The position numbers and the translations under genes are program-made. Source: Lama glama (taxonomy: Eukaryota). Taken from it: DNA of 64,000 nucleotides. The stretch is taken from contig CM052817.1 in the NCBI GenBank assembly GCA_028534125.1, forward strand, positions 57,910,001 to 57,974,000, in the 5' to 3' direction. Shown here piece after piece: positions 36,241 through 49,997 of this stretch; the stretch's first letter is position 1, and every line of letters begins with the position of its first letter. Below the pieces are notes generated by a model. That model ran no database searches, was not told the DNA's origin, and was given only the letters and a program-made list of their open reading frames with translations.

Positions 36241-39200
36241 GGAGATTTATATCTAGGGAGTAATTGTATTATTGTGCATAATACAATGGGATTGTTTGAT
36301 CGTTTCAACAAATCCAGTCTAAGGAGATCAGGGAAGGCTTCTACAAAAAGAAACCATCTCAACTGATAAGAAATGAAGAGATCAGAGGAATTCAACAGGC
36401 AAAGAGGTTTCAGGTAGGGCATGGATATTCTAGACGAGTATTTTGGTTACCAGGAGCATCTCAATTCACTGGGTTTATTGTATGTTTCCAAGTATTAGGA
36501 TTTCTGGTCCCTTTCACTTTGTTTTATACATTAAAAAATACTCACTGTACATGCCGTTTCTATCACTCATGAGTTTTTTTTTCTTTTTCTTTTTTTAATG
36601 TGGTTCACAAGTAAGAGAGAGAAAAAGGTAGAAGTCAATCAAAAAATATATAAACCCAAGTAATACAACATAAAAAAGAAAAGGTGGGGGTTTCCATATC
36701 ATCTACCAGTACAGAGCAATCATGATTTTTTTTTAAGTCATTTAAATTATTGGTGGTATTAACCAATCAAAAGAAAGACTCTGTCCTTGCCCATTTCTGG
36801 CATATTCCCTTTGGCTAAAACCTACCCATGGCAAGCATGAGAGAGGAATACATCTCCCCTGAAGTGATAGCACGAGGAAGAAGTCAAATAGAAGCAGCAT
36901 GTAATTGACTATAACCATAGTAATAAAATTTGTTTAGTAAATTTGGTTATTGTAACCTGAGAGAATTAGACCTGTCAACAGCTTTTTGTGAACCTACTAA
37001 CAAAACTTCAGGCACTGACACAGGAAAAAACATACTCATAGCAATGACAATGACAAAATTCCCTTTTCAATAGTAGGCATCAGTTTATGTACTGAGCACA
37101 ATCAATTATGAGAACCAGAGGGCTTGTAGTTAATGAACGTTCATACAGGAAACAAAAACTAAACTCACCCTCAAGGTGTTGCACTTTCCTAGCAAAACCA
37201 CAGTCCCTTCTTTTACTCCACATCGAAGTGGAGAGACACTACTTTAATCTGCTAGCAGTCAGGGCAACTGTTCAAAATCAAAATCCCCAGTGCTGTAAGA
37301 GCCATCTGAACCTTTTGAATAGGTCACCTGCTCACAACCAGGGAAGGGGCATGCTGAGGTGTCTGATATCAGATATATCTGTTAAGTCACCAAATACATT
37401 ATCAATTTTTTTAGGAAGTAAATGCACATGAGTCACATGAAACAGAATCAAATAGAGGTAAAATGTTGTGCTCATTCAGATACTGACATAAAGTACTTTG
37501 ACATAATTTTGCAAAATCAGATTCTTACATAGATGTTTGTTTAGTAAAAAATTATAGAAATATTATCTGGAAAGTTTCTTATCCTGAAACAAAATTTTAA
37601 CCCAGTAACCTATTTGATTCCTTTTCAGATTCTGCTGTGATTTTTACCCTTTGTCCAATGTATTCTTCCATTTAAGTTTTAAAGCTCTTAGGAGGTACAG
37701 CTAAAGTACCTCCTAATTTTTTATTTTTATTGTTTACTTTTTCCCTAATTATTTGATAAAGATTCTGTACTGAATTTTACCTTTTTACAGTGTTTTCATT
37801 CTTTTTTCCAACTTTTAGATCATGTAGTTTTTCCCTTGCTGACGTTAAAAACCTATTGTGATTGTCCACAACTAATTAATCAATTCAGTTACGCTTAAGT
37901 TTTATTTTACCTTGTCAATCTTGAAAAACATTTTAAAGCCAAAATTACTAGGCTATATATTCCAGGAAAGTCTAATTTCTAACCTTAAATATTTTATTGT
38001 GTTTCTTCCAGTTGTTGTTGTCATGAGATATAGACAATTTTAACTAACAGGAAATGATTAAATAATCCTGTAGGAAGTGCAATAAATGTAACTTCGCTAT
38101 TGAGTAGTGCCTTAAACTCAATGAAGCTGACATATTCTAAACATTAGAAATCTAATTTTCCAAATTTCATTTTCTGCGTAGCATCTAGAATATACTCAAT
38201 GAATATTTCCTGTATAAATGAGTGATGTGTTAAAGGCTAAGTTAATTTTAGAAAATAGAAATACGTTAAAACCTTTCTTGGTGTGATTATTCATGTTAGT
38301 AAATGCAAACCGTTTCAGTGTAATTGGTCTTAATGGTAGCTGCTTAATCTTTCCTAATTTGGCCTTTCCTTAGTACTTTGGTGCTGTGTGTCATTGATTA
38401 CTATTTCACATTTCACGTGCTTTTATTATTTTTCCTATTATAGACAAGTTGATTTTTACTTACTTACAGTTTCTAGACTTTTAAGTTTCTTTCAGTGTCC
38501 ACTAGGTTTAGAAATGTAAAATAAATTTTTGTACTCTGGAAATCCTGTTATCAATTAACAACATTTATCTTTAGGGTCGAGGATTCCTAGGGAAATATTT
38601 ATCCATTCACAACTTTGTCTTTGTACAAATGTAATATAAGAAAGCTCACGCAATACATTATTCTATTTGGTATAATTTCTCTTTCACGATCCGTATTATG
38701 TAGGTCTCTCTTGCAACTTCTGAAAACTTGTGTACAAAACAGAGACACATAGAGACTATATATTTTTACTCTTTAATCATCTTTCTTGAATAGGCTTCAT
38801 GGTTGCCATAACTCATTTCACAGCACCCTATTGTGCAGACTTTCCTGTTTAAAATGCTTGTATTATGTTGCCAATATTTTATATTATCGGCATTGGCTAC
38901 ATGTTGGATTTGAGTGGACAGACCTTCCATTTGTATCTGCTTCATCCCTATGTACTATCAATATTCCTCAAACATGTTTTATTTTTTCCATTTTTCTGGT
39001 GTCTTATGTACAGGGTGTTTTTACATGTTTAAATCATCATTTCCCATTCTAAATGATTGTAAATAGTTCAAGACCCTTTTTCTTTTCCTTTTCTTTTTAA
39101 ATACTACTTTTAGAGCTGTCCGAAATTCTGGCTCATGATCAATCTATTCTTTCTAATATGGGGATACTAGTATATACTTTATTAGTGGCAGGTTTTCTCT

Positions 39201-39486
39201 CCTCTTTTGTTAAGAATTAATGTCCTATTATGATAATTGAGGTATATCTTAAATTCCTATTTTCATTTGACTTAGTGTTGTGATGCCCAAACCTCTCATT
39301 ATTTTTATTTTATTGTTATTATAAACTATTGTTGAATTTTATTATCATTACTTCATATTGTTCCTTATTTGGGAATCTCATTAAATTTCTTCTCTGAAGT
39401 CAATTTATTCATTTTTTAAACATTTTTTTATTGACAATTTATTCATTTTTATGAGCTCAAAACACAAGCTCTGAAAAATCTAATTA

Positions 39487-39726
39487 CAGTTGACCCTTGA
39501 TCAACATAGGTTTGAATCTCCTGGGTCCACTTATTGGCAGACTATTTTTCTATGGTAAATACTACAGTACTATGGGGTCCACAGTTGGGAGTTGAATCTG
39601 AGGGTGTGGAACTCTGGATTCAGAGAAACCCTGGATATGACAGAGGACCAACTATAAATTATATGCAGCTTTTTGGCTATACAGAAAGTTGGCACCCCAA
39701 CCCCTGCATTGTTCATGGGTCAGCTT
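39487..39726. mobile_element. Tigger2-derived MITE (MER8-like)
   Basis: TA|cagttgacccttgatcaaca ... ttgttcatgggtcagctt|TA; 240 bp with TIRs and a TA target duplication. Confidence 0.8.
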
Positions 39727-39998
39727 TATAAGAAAACTGATTAACCTCATGAGCTAACACCATGTTTTATTTTCTAAGGCAGAAAGCCCAAAGCCATTTA
39801 TTTTCATACAAGACTAAGACTGGACCTAGAATCATTGCATACAAAAATACGCTAACTGAAGTCATAGTAGTTCTTCTATGTCTTTTGTCTAGAGCACCTT
39901 AGTTTTATGGTTCTAGTGTGTGTAACACTGCAGCTGACTTCTTCCCTCAGACATATCAATTAAGAAGGTGATCACCTTCTATGAACTACAGTAATTTT

Positions 39999-42272
39999 TT
40001 TTAAATTATTGAAGTATGGTCAGCTACATGTCAATTTCTGGTGTACAGCATAATGTCCCAGTCATACATATACAAACATATATTTGTTTTCATATTCTTT
40101 TTGATTATAGGATACTACAAGATATTGAATACAGTTCCCTGTGCTATACAGAAGAAATTTGGTTTTTTTAATCTATTTTATATAGTTAATATTTGCAAAT
40201 CTCACACTCCCAATTTATCCCTTCCCAACCTCTTTTCTCCCCAGTAACCATAAGTTTGTTTACTATGTCTGTGAGTCTGTTTCTGTTCTATAGATAAGTT
40301 CATTACTGTATTCTTTTTTCTTTAGATTCCACATAAGAGTGATATTGTATGATATTTTTCTTTCTGGCTTACTTCACTTAGAATGACATTCTCCAGGTCC
40401 ATCCATGTTGCTGAAAATGGCATTATTTTATTCTTTTTTATGGTTGAGTAGTATTCTATTATGTAAACATACCACAGCTTCTTTATCCAGTCCTCTGTCA
40501 ATGGACATTTAGGTTGTTTCCAGGTCTTAGCTATTGTATATAGTGCTGCTAAGAATATTAGGGTGCATGTATCTTTTGGCATTAGAGTTGCCTGTGGATA
40601 TATATCCAGGAGTGGTATTGCTGGATCATATGGTAAGTCTATTTTTAGTTTTTTGAGGAATTTCATATCTATTTTCCATAATGGCTTCACCAAACTACAT
40701 TCCCAACGGCAGTGTAGGAGGGTTCCCTTTACTCCACACCCTCTTCAGCATTTATCATTTGTGGACTTTTTAATCATGGCCATCTTGACTGGTGTGAGGT
40801 AATACCCCATTGCAGTTTTGATTTGCAGTTCTCCAATAATTAGCAATATTGAGCATTTTTTTCATGTGCCTATTGGCCACTTGTATGTCTTCATTGGGGG
40901 ATTGCTTTTTTAGGTCTTCTGCCTATTTGGGGTTTGTTGTTGTTGTTAAGTTTTATGAGCTGTTTATATATTCTGGAAATTAAGCCTCTGTCAGTCACAT
41001 CATTTGCAATTACTTTCACCCATTCCATAGGTTGTCATTTTGTTTTGCTTACAATTTCCTTTGCTGTGCAAAAGCTTACAAGTTTAGTTAGGTCCCATTT
41101 GTTTATTCTTGCTTTTATTTCTATTGCCTGAGTAGACAGCCCTAGGAGAATATTACTAAGATTTATGTCAGAAAATGTTTTGCCTATGTTTTCTTCTGAG
41201 AGTCTTGTCTTATATTTAAGTTTTTAAGCCATTTTAAGTTTATTTTTGTGAGGAACTATGGTGTGAAGGACTATTCGAACTTCATTGATTTACATGTGGC
41301 TGTCCAGCTTTCCCAGCATCACTTGCTGAAGAGATTGTCTTTTCTCCATTGTATATTCTTGCCTCCTTTGTCAAAGATTAATTGACTGTAAGTCTGTGGG
41401 TTTATTTCTGAGCTCTCTATTCTGTTCCATTGATCCATGTGGCTGTTTTTGTACCAATATCATGCTGTTTTGATTATTGTAGCTCTGTAGTATTGTCTGA
41501 AGTCTGGGGGTGTTTTTCTTCCAGCTTTGTTCTTTTTCTTCAGTATTGCTTTGGCAATTCTGGGCCTTTTATGATTTCAGATAAATTTTAGGATTATTTA
41601 TTCTAGTTTTGTGAAAAGTGTCCAGGTTAGTTTGATAGAAATCACATTAAATCTGTAGATTGCTTTGGGTAGTATGGCCATTTTAACAATATTAATTCTA
41701 CCAATCCAGGAACATGGGATATCTTTCCATTTCTTTAAGTTATCTTTAATTTCCTTAATCAATGTTTTGTAGTTCTCCATGTATAAGTCTTTCACTTCCT
41801 TGGTCAGATTTACACCTAAGTAGTTTATTTTTCTGGATGCAATTTTAAAGAGGATTGTTTCTTTACTTTCTTTTTCTAATATTTCATTGTAAGTGTAAAA
41901 AAATACAACTGATTTCTGTATGTTAATCTTGTATCCTGCTACCTTGCCAAATTCTGTTATCAGCTCTAGCAGTTTTTGTGTGGAGCTGACCTCCGTGCTG
42001 GAGAGGGGGTGTCACAGCGTGAAGGCATTTCCTCCGTTGCTGTTCTTTCCTCAAGGGATGGGTCCTGCACCAATTTCCTTTTTCTTTTTATTTTTTCCCC
42101 CTACTGGATTTTATGAGAAATCTTCTTGTATTTCAAAGTAAGAGATATTCTGCCAAAGTTCAGTAGGTGTTCTGTGCAATTTGATGGGTCTGTAGATGTA
42201 ATTTTCAGTGTATTTGTGGGAGGGGATAAGCTATGTGTCCTTATACTCCGCCATCTTGGCACTCCCCCCTGG
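39999..42272 (-). mobile_element. Relatively young L1: 5'UTR start fused to 3' ORF2 + 3'UTR, with TSD
   Basis: ORF2 fragments ([35 protein letters not shown]...TWKQPKCP), L1 5' end with CAAGATGGCG, and 14-bp TSD actacagtaatttt at 39985-39998 and 42273-42286. Confidence 0.9.
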
Positions 42273-42438
42273 ACTACAGTAATTTTAAAAAATTCTTAAG
42301 TAAATATAGTGAGGAAGTATTTTTATTATTTTATGATGTTAGTGTTTAGTCTCGAACGTTTATATTTTTAAAGATATCTAAAGTTCACATAATTGAAATC
42401 ATGTGTCACTTATTGTTGTTTACCCTTTCTTTCTCCAG

Positions 42439-44427
42439 GTCTAAAATCCAAAAGCATTACTGATCTGGTAAAGGACATAGTAAGAGAACAATTTAAAATT
42501 TTTCAAAATGACATGCAGGAGACCATAGCACAGCTCTTCAAGACAGTATCAACTCTATCAGAGGAGCTTGAAGACACCAGACAAATAATTCAACAAGTTA
42601 ATGAATCTGTGGTTTCGATAGCAGTCCAGCAAAAGTCTGTTTTAATACAAGAAAATAGGCCCACTTCAACCGATATATTGGAGCTAAAAAATCACATTGT
42701 GAATATGAGACAAGAAATGACATTCACATGTGGAAAGCCTATTAAAGAGCTAGAAGCGAAGCAGACTCACTTGGAAGGTGCCTTAGAACAGGAACACTCC
42801 AGGAGTGTTTTGTATTATGAATCCCTCAACAAGACTCTTTCTAAAATGAAGGAAATACAGGAGCATCTTTTATCAACTGAGCAACTCCCCAGTCAGAAGA
42901 GTGTTCCAGCTGCTGAATCAGTTAGTGATAATGTCACTGAATACCTGTCTACTCTACATGAGAAGATAAAGAAGCAGGGTTCAGTGATGCTGCAGATGTT
43001 TGGTGATTTGCACATGCAAGAGAGCAAGATTAACAATCTCACCCTTGCTTTGGAAATGGAGAAAGAATCTGTCAGGAGTGAATGTGAAGACATGTTATCC
43101 AAGTGCAGAAATGATTTTAAATTTCAAATTGAGGACGTAGAAGAGAATTTACAAATTTTAAACCAAACGTTGGCTGAGGTTCTCTTTCCAATGGACAATA
43201 AGATGGATAAAATGAATGAGCAACTAAATGATCTGACTTATGATATGGAGATTCTTCAACCCTTGCTCGAGCAGGGAGCATCATTTCAAGAGACAATGAC
43301 ATACAGACAACCAAAAGAAGCAGCAGCGATGAAGAAAAAAGTGGAAAATCTGACTAGTGCTGTCAACAGTCTAAATTTTCTCATCAAAGAACTTACAAAA
43401 AGATACAACTTACTTAGAAATGAAGTACAGAGTCGTGGTGATGCCTTAGACAGACGTATCAATGAACAAGCCTTAGAAATGGAAGATGGTCTGAATAAGA
43501 CAGTAACTATTATAAATAATGCCATTGATTTCATTGAAGACAACTACATGTTAAAAGAGACTTCAAATACAATAAAGTATAATCCTGAGGTCCATCATAA
43601 ATGTACCCAGAATATGGAAACTATTTTGACATTTATTTCTCAGTTTCAACATTTGAATAATTCTATTCAGATTTTGGTCAATGACAATCAGAAATATAAC
43701 TTTGTCCTGCAAGTTGCCAAAGCCCTTGCATATATATCTAAAGATGAAAAACTGAGTCTGTCCAATTTTGAAAATATTTACCAAATGTTGAATGAGACCA
43801 GTTCCCAAGTGATAAGATACCAGCAAAACATGAGTCATTTGGAGGAAAAAATACTTTCAGCCACAAAGATTTCCAAAAATTTTGAAACTCGGTTGCAAGG
43901 CATTGAGTCCAAAGTGACCAAGACGCTCATACCTTATTATGTTTCACTAAAAAAAGGCAGTGTGGTGACAAATGAAAGAGATCAGGCCCTTCAACAGCAG
44001 GTACTCAGTTCCAGATTTAAAGCACTGGAAGCAAAATCCATCCATCTTTCGACTAATTTCTCTGTACTTAACAAAACTCTCTATGAAGCTTTAGTGATGT
44101 GTTATAATGCTTCTACAGGTGTATCAGAACTGAATGCTACCATATCTAAGAGGATAAAAGGTTCCCTACCAGATACTCAACTTCTTCAGAAAGGTCTGAC
44201 AGAATTTGTGGAATCAGTAATTGAAATAAAAATGCAAATTGTGCTATCTAATTTAACTCGGCATATAAATCAGTCATTGTCTGGTAGTCTTGCAAACCTT
44301 GTCAAGTCACAGGAGCGAATAAAACCATTGCTGAAGAAACCCAATACACTTAAGAAACCAGCAGTGAATCTTACCGCTGCCCTGATAGGCCGGACCCAAA
44401 GAAACACAGACAACGTTCTACTTCCTG
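42439..44427 (+). CDS. MMRN1: Multimerin 1 coding exon 6 (large coiled-coil exon)
   Basis: ttctccag|GT acceptor; 1989-nt open exon (G)LKSKSITDLVKDIVREQFKIFQNDMQET...IGRTQRNTDNVLLP, heptad-rich with many N-x-S/T sequons; G|GTAAGC donor. Lies within the 687-aa ORF. Confidence 0.97.
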
Positions 44428-44938
44428 GTAAGCTATTTCCAAAAAATAACTTTTAATCTCTTTTCATATTTAAATGGTATTTAGTAGATCTGTATGGTTT
44501 AGCAAGATCATATGGTCTAAAAGGCGCTTACTGGAACTTGGGTAAATTGTTAAGTAACTCAAAGGTCACTGATATATTATCTGAATCTGGTTTCATCTAT
44601 GTAAATCAGGCATCAATACAAAACACATGTTTATAAATATTTCTCTACATGTTATTTAACATTTTTCTGACAAGACCCTATAAAACAATCAAATTTGCCC
44701 TTTGCTCTTATAAAACATTTTTTTGCATACATAATTAAAGGAAGCTATTAGGCAATGTGCTTTTTGATAAAATAAAACCAGATTGTGTCCTGCTCATTTT
44801 GGTGTTACCTGGCAAAGTGTCTGGTACACAAGAGAAACTCTATAAATATCTGTGGAATGACTGTCTAACTGAATGAATGCATAGTGAGCAGGAATTCAAA
44901 CAGGGCAAATCACAGAGGACCTTGAATGCCAAGATAAG

Positions 44939-45265
44939 TATCTTAGTCCCTTTGGGCTGTTGTAACAAAATACACAGATTGAGTAGCTTAAAACAGAAAT
45001 TTATTTCTTGATGTTTTGGAGGCTGGGAAGTTCAAAATCAGGGTGCCAGCATGGTCACATTGGGTGAGGGTCCCCTTACTGGTTCACTGCTCACTCTGTC
45101 CCCATGTGGTGAAAGGGGTGAAGGGGCTCTGTGGGGTCCCTTTTATAAGACATTAATCCCATTCATGAGGGCTCCACCCTCATGACATAAGCACCTCCAA
45201 AGTCCCCACCTCCTAAAATTATCAGCTTTAGGGGTTAGGATTCCAACATAGGAATTTTGAGGAGA
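44939..45265. mobile_element. MaLR solo LTR (MLT1A-like)
   Basis: tcttagtccctttgggctgttgtaacaaaatac...cattaatcccattcatgagggctccaccctcatgac...ggattccaacataggaattttg. Confidence 0.8.
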
Positions 45266-47217
45266 CGCCTACAAGGCATTTAGACATGATTCTGTAAAGA
45301 GTGGTCTTTGAACATTTCCAGGAGAGGGTTGGGTGTGACGAGAACTGTGTCTCAGAAGCATGAAGCTAGACAGTGGTGCATAGCATGACTACAAGAAATG
45401 CAATTAGAGACGCCAATCAGGACATTATCAGCAAGATCAGGCGGTGAGAGCTAGATCTAAGGAAGAGGTAGCTGAAGCGGAGGAGACAGATATGAGTAAA
45501 GTCATGAAAGTAAAACCAACAGAAACAGAAAGACTGTGGGAAAGTTAATGATCTGAGGAACAGCAAATCATGATTCTGACCCTAGTTGTTTCAGTAAGTT
45601 TCTGTGTAGCCTTGAGTAAGTTCACCTCTCTGGGTCTCAGCTTCTTTTTATGATTGGATTGCAATAGGCATTTTGCTGAGCTCATTAGCAGAATTATGTT
45701 GCAAACTGAACCACTATAAAAAAAAAAAAAAGGAAGAAAGAAAAAATGTGAGCTGTTCACAGCCTGAATGCACAGCACTGGGGAGGGGAGAGACCTAAAA
45801 TATTCTGTGGTTTTTTTTTTGCATTTGGGAAATGAGAGGTTAGGAGTACAACTGGCAGATGTTGTAAACACCAAAGGAGAAGTGTAAATTTGGCAGCGGA
45901 GAGGAATTTAATGCAGTGCATATAAACCACTTAATAGTCTCTCTGTATTAAAGAAGTGTTTTATTAATATGTTTGGCATATGAGTGATATTAAATAATCT
46001 TTCCACTATAAAATAGCTCCTAGTTCTTACTAAAAGAGATGCCAGTGTTCCTTTCATATGAGTCTGCTGTTAAATTATATAATCATTTGGATGAAATTTG
46101 TATTTTATTGCTTTTTAATTAAAAAGGATAATCATTATCCTAACATAATATGACTCTTCATATTTAATCTCTGAATGTTCTGATAATATTAAAAATCACA
46201 GAGTAATACAATGTTGAATTGTCTCTTGACTATTTAAACTATTGTATTTATTTATGACTCCCTCTAAATTAATCTGATCCAGGAGGACTAATCTTGCCCT
46301 GTGGGATCACAGAACAAACTATTTAGACGTACGTGTTTCCAAGAGAAAGAGTGGTATTTCAGTACAAGATGTTCTTACAATAATACTTTTAGGAAAAATA
46401 GAGTTGTTCTTCTTCCATACTGTTTTAATCCTTGGTCCTCTTGTGGACACAGCAAATGAGTTTCAGTTAAGCTCTACAGGATGTGTTCTCATGCAATAGG
46501 CAAACCATGTCATTTTTTTTTTCACCAAAAAATACCTGTATCTCTACAGTAAGTATAAATTTAAATACCTTCAAAATTAATTGAGTTAAAAGATTCAATA
46601 GAATGTAAGAACTAATAAACTGTTATAGGATAAAGAATGCATGTTAGGCACTTATAAAAATTGCATGTAGATTTTTTTATATAACAGTTGGCTCAGTATT
46701 GGACTTAATGGGCTAATAATTAACTCGGTTCTGATTCTCTTTTTTTCCAATGATGCCTTGATAAAATTGCTTCCTGTTCCTTTATTTACTGTAAGTAGAA
46801 TTTTTCTAGGCCTAAAGTTAATAATTAATTAAAAGTTCTTTATTTTATCTTTGTCAAGTAACCAATAACAACATTAAGGCCATAAGGATACATTGGCCTA
46901 ATTTCCTATGTGGGGTAGATATTCACTTTGTGCAGGAGCAGCAACATAATGTGTGGGGCACTTTCAAGTGGATACATAGATACTCACGCTCATTAAGCCA
47001 GCTTAGCTTCTATGGTCATAAAACTGATGGCATTCATTGGACAGCTGAGCAGGTAAAGTCTATACAAAGCAATGAAACCAGCGGACTCAGGCTAAACTCG
47101 TCTATAAGAAGAAACCAATTGCAAACTACTTCCTTTAATACTCTTAAAAAAAATTTAATGTCTAGTTTTTTCTTCCTTTCTTTATAACATCACTTTATTT
47201 TTAATTTACTATTCCTG

Positions 47218-47352
47218 TTTTTTTGGTGGGGGGAGGTAATTAGGTTTGTTTGTTTGTTTGTTTATTTATTTTTAATGGAGGTACTAGGGATTGAACCCAG
47301 GACCTTGTGCATGCTAGGCACTCATTCTGCCACTGAACTCTACTCTCCCTCC
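47218..47352 (-). mobile_element. tRNA-derived SINE (Vic-1-like)
   Basis: Reverse of the same SINE: ggggaggtaattagg, (TTTG/TTTA)n, gggattgaacccaggacc...ccactgaact. Confidence 0.85.
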
Positions 47353-47644
47353 CTTTTATACTCTTTGATACCAGGGGGGAGACACACTGCCATACTGGTT
47401 AAATTTGGCTTTTGGTTTCCATTGACCTTTGCTATGATATTATAAATACCATCTAGCCACATTGCTCCCCTACCTCACGAACACCAGAAGATAATTTATC
47501 ATCATTCTACAAATCTCACAGTAATATTCAGGTGATACCCACTATCATTTGCTGAATACAGGCAGTTTAGAGAAAGAAAAATCATGTAAAGATAGATTTA
47601 AAAGTTTAATCTTAATTTTAATAACTGATAACCTATTTTGAAGC

Positions 47645-47698
<54 letters not shown>
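47645..47698. repeat. (CTA)18 microsatellite at the edge of a MIR
   Basis: Perfect CTA run followed by reverse-MIR-like sequence to ~47920. Confidence 0.92.
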
Positions 47699-49329
47699 TA
47701 ATAATATACTGCTAGATACCATTTATTAACACTATACCCCAGGCACTGCACAAATTATACTGCATATGCAATTCTCTTAATACCTATGAGATCACTATCA
47801 TTATTCTTATACTGAAGATGTGTAAACTAAACCTTGAAGAGATAAACTAAGATATGCTGCCTGAGGTCATGCAACATGCAAGTGATGGAGGCTGACTCCT
47901 GGTCTGTTGAACTCAGGGCTCAGCTCATCCGCTGCACTCAAGTAGACTGTGAAGTGCGTTCACCTGCTTTTCTCTTCCTTCTTCTTGTGTTCCCTGCATC
48001 ATAACAATCTCAGAGTCTGGCCATCTGCAAATACTCCACATGGCCAGAGCTGATATTCCCAGGGAGTTTGCTTTCTTGAGGATCCAAATTCTGCCACTTG
48101 TTTCTGCACTGATCAGAAGGATGTAAAGCTGCTATTTTTCAGTTTAGCTTTTCTGTGATACGGCCAGTGGTCAGGTGTCATTGAAAGTCACCAGTGGTTA
48201 TTCATGAGATCTTCAAGCTGATGCAGTAGGAGGTAAAATTCAGAATCCTCATTCCTTTCAGTTTCTTCAGAGCCATTCCCACATCCAGTTATGCTAATTA
48301 CTATTCTTCCTAGGCCAATGGGACAAAACGTTCCGATTGAATCACAAATTATTTGATTTGTTTCTAAACAATAGTCCAATAGACACCAAGAGGGTTTTAT
48401 TTCATCTTTGAAGATTTGTTTGTACAGCAATTGGCAGATTTGTCCCTGTAGAGAAAGTTTGGCTGCTTGCCTTCCAAGAGGAGATGGATCTTCTTCTAAT
48501 AGTGTCAGCAGCAGCTTTGCCGAGGATGTGCACCTCCTGCGTGTGAGGCTGTTGACTTTTTATTTTAACCATTTCTCTAGTATTTACGAGATATACTTAG
48601 CTCTCTTTAATAAATCTCTTTTACTTACAACTATCACTTTAACTACTCTTCATAAGAAAAATTACATTCTGTAAAGGGTTTGGTAGCATACCAAACACAT
48701 CTTTTTAAATTATCATTGCTGTGAATTTAAACAGTTTTAAAGAGAAAAATAAGAACTTAGTGGATACTTAGCTGGTTTATACCACTTTAAACCATTTCTA
48801 AGTTTTGTGAATCCGCATAGAGGCTGCTGTGATTATTAAGAAGGACTGGATTTGAAACCAGGTGAACAAGGTTTAAGTCCTGTCTACCAAAGTATTTATT
48901 TGTAATAAGTTGTTTATTTTTCTAAAACATACTGTCCACATTTATAAAACAATAACATATCCACCTTACAAAGTTTATTTTGAGGATCAAATAAATAACT
49001 TGCATACAGTTTATTATTAAGGTAGATGTGATTATATAATTTTCTTAGCTATATTCAATGTTTGTATTTTATTTTCTATAACATTTTCAATTAATAGCTG
49101 ATATCTGTTTCGGTGTATCAACATAATTTAAATGCTCATATTATTCTATTGTTCTATCTTTGCTTTGTTTTAGACTCAACACATGTTCCTAAATGAGCTT
49201 ATGCTTATCACAAAATGCTAAATCAAAAATGACAGGATAAAAAATATAAAGGCTTAACTGTATACAAATGCATGTGTATTGACAAGCACTAAAAAAATCT
49301 GCAAAAAGTTTTAATAAGAGTTTTTTTCA

Positions 49330-49438
49330 AATTATCATACTAAGTGAAGTACATGAGAGAAAGATAAATATATCACTTATGTGGAATCTAAAAAAATGCT
49401 ACAAATGAACTTATTTCCAAAACAGAAACAGACTCACA
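49330..49438 (+). mobile_element. L1 ORF2-end/3'UTR fragment
   Basis: atcatactaagtgaagt...atcacttatgtggaatctaaaaaa...aacagaaacagactcaca, homologous to 40270-40385 in reverse. Confidence 0.75.
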
Positions 49439-49997
49439 CTGCTATAACAAAGTACCAAAGATAAGGCGGCCTATAAAGAACAGAAATTTTCTTCTCACAG
49501 TTATGGAAGCTAGAAGTCTGAGATCAGGCGGGCGTGTTCAGGTTCTGGTGAGAGCTGTCTTCTGGATTTGAGACTACCAACTTCTTGTTTTGTTCTCATT
49601 GGGCATAAGGGAAGGAGCTGGGGAGCTCTCTGGAGTCCCTTTCAAAAGGGCACTAATCCTGCTCATGAAGGCTCCACCCTCATGACCTAAATACCTCCCC
49701 AAGGCTTCACCTCCTAATACCATCACATTGGGAGTGAGGGTTCCTTTTTTTAAAAAGAAATTTTGTGTGTGTGTGCACAGGGTGGTGATTAGGTCTATTT
49801 ACTTATTTATTTATTATTACTTGTTTTTGTTTGTTTTATGAGGGGGAGGTAATTTGATTTATTTATTTATTTACATTTGGAGGAGGTACTGGGGATTGAA
49901 CCCAAGCAGGCACTCTACCACTGAACTACACCCTCCTCTGGGAGTTAGGATTTCAACATACGGATTTGTAGGGGACATAAGCATTTGGTCCATAACA
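49438..49997. mobile_element. MLT1 LTR interrupted by a SINE
   Basis: ctgctataacaaagtacc...catgaaggctccaccctcatgacc...catcacattgggag[SINE]ggatttcaacata...ccataaca. Confidence 0.75.
49743..49938 (-). mobile_element. Variant tRNA-derived SINE (Vic-1-like) nested in MLT1
   Basis: ggtactggggattgaaccc...actctaccactgaactacaccc head plus two tail units; flanked by tgggagt(g/t)agg repeats. Confidence 0.8.

Noticed and set aside
42893..43838. Minus-strand ORFs overlapping exon 6, and ORFs overlapping exon 1
   Set aside because: Antisense or alternate-frame shadows of the MMRN1 coding sequence.
47545..47751. Poly-Ser ORF
   Set aside because: Translation of the (CTA)n microsatellite.
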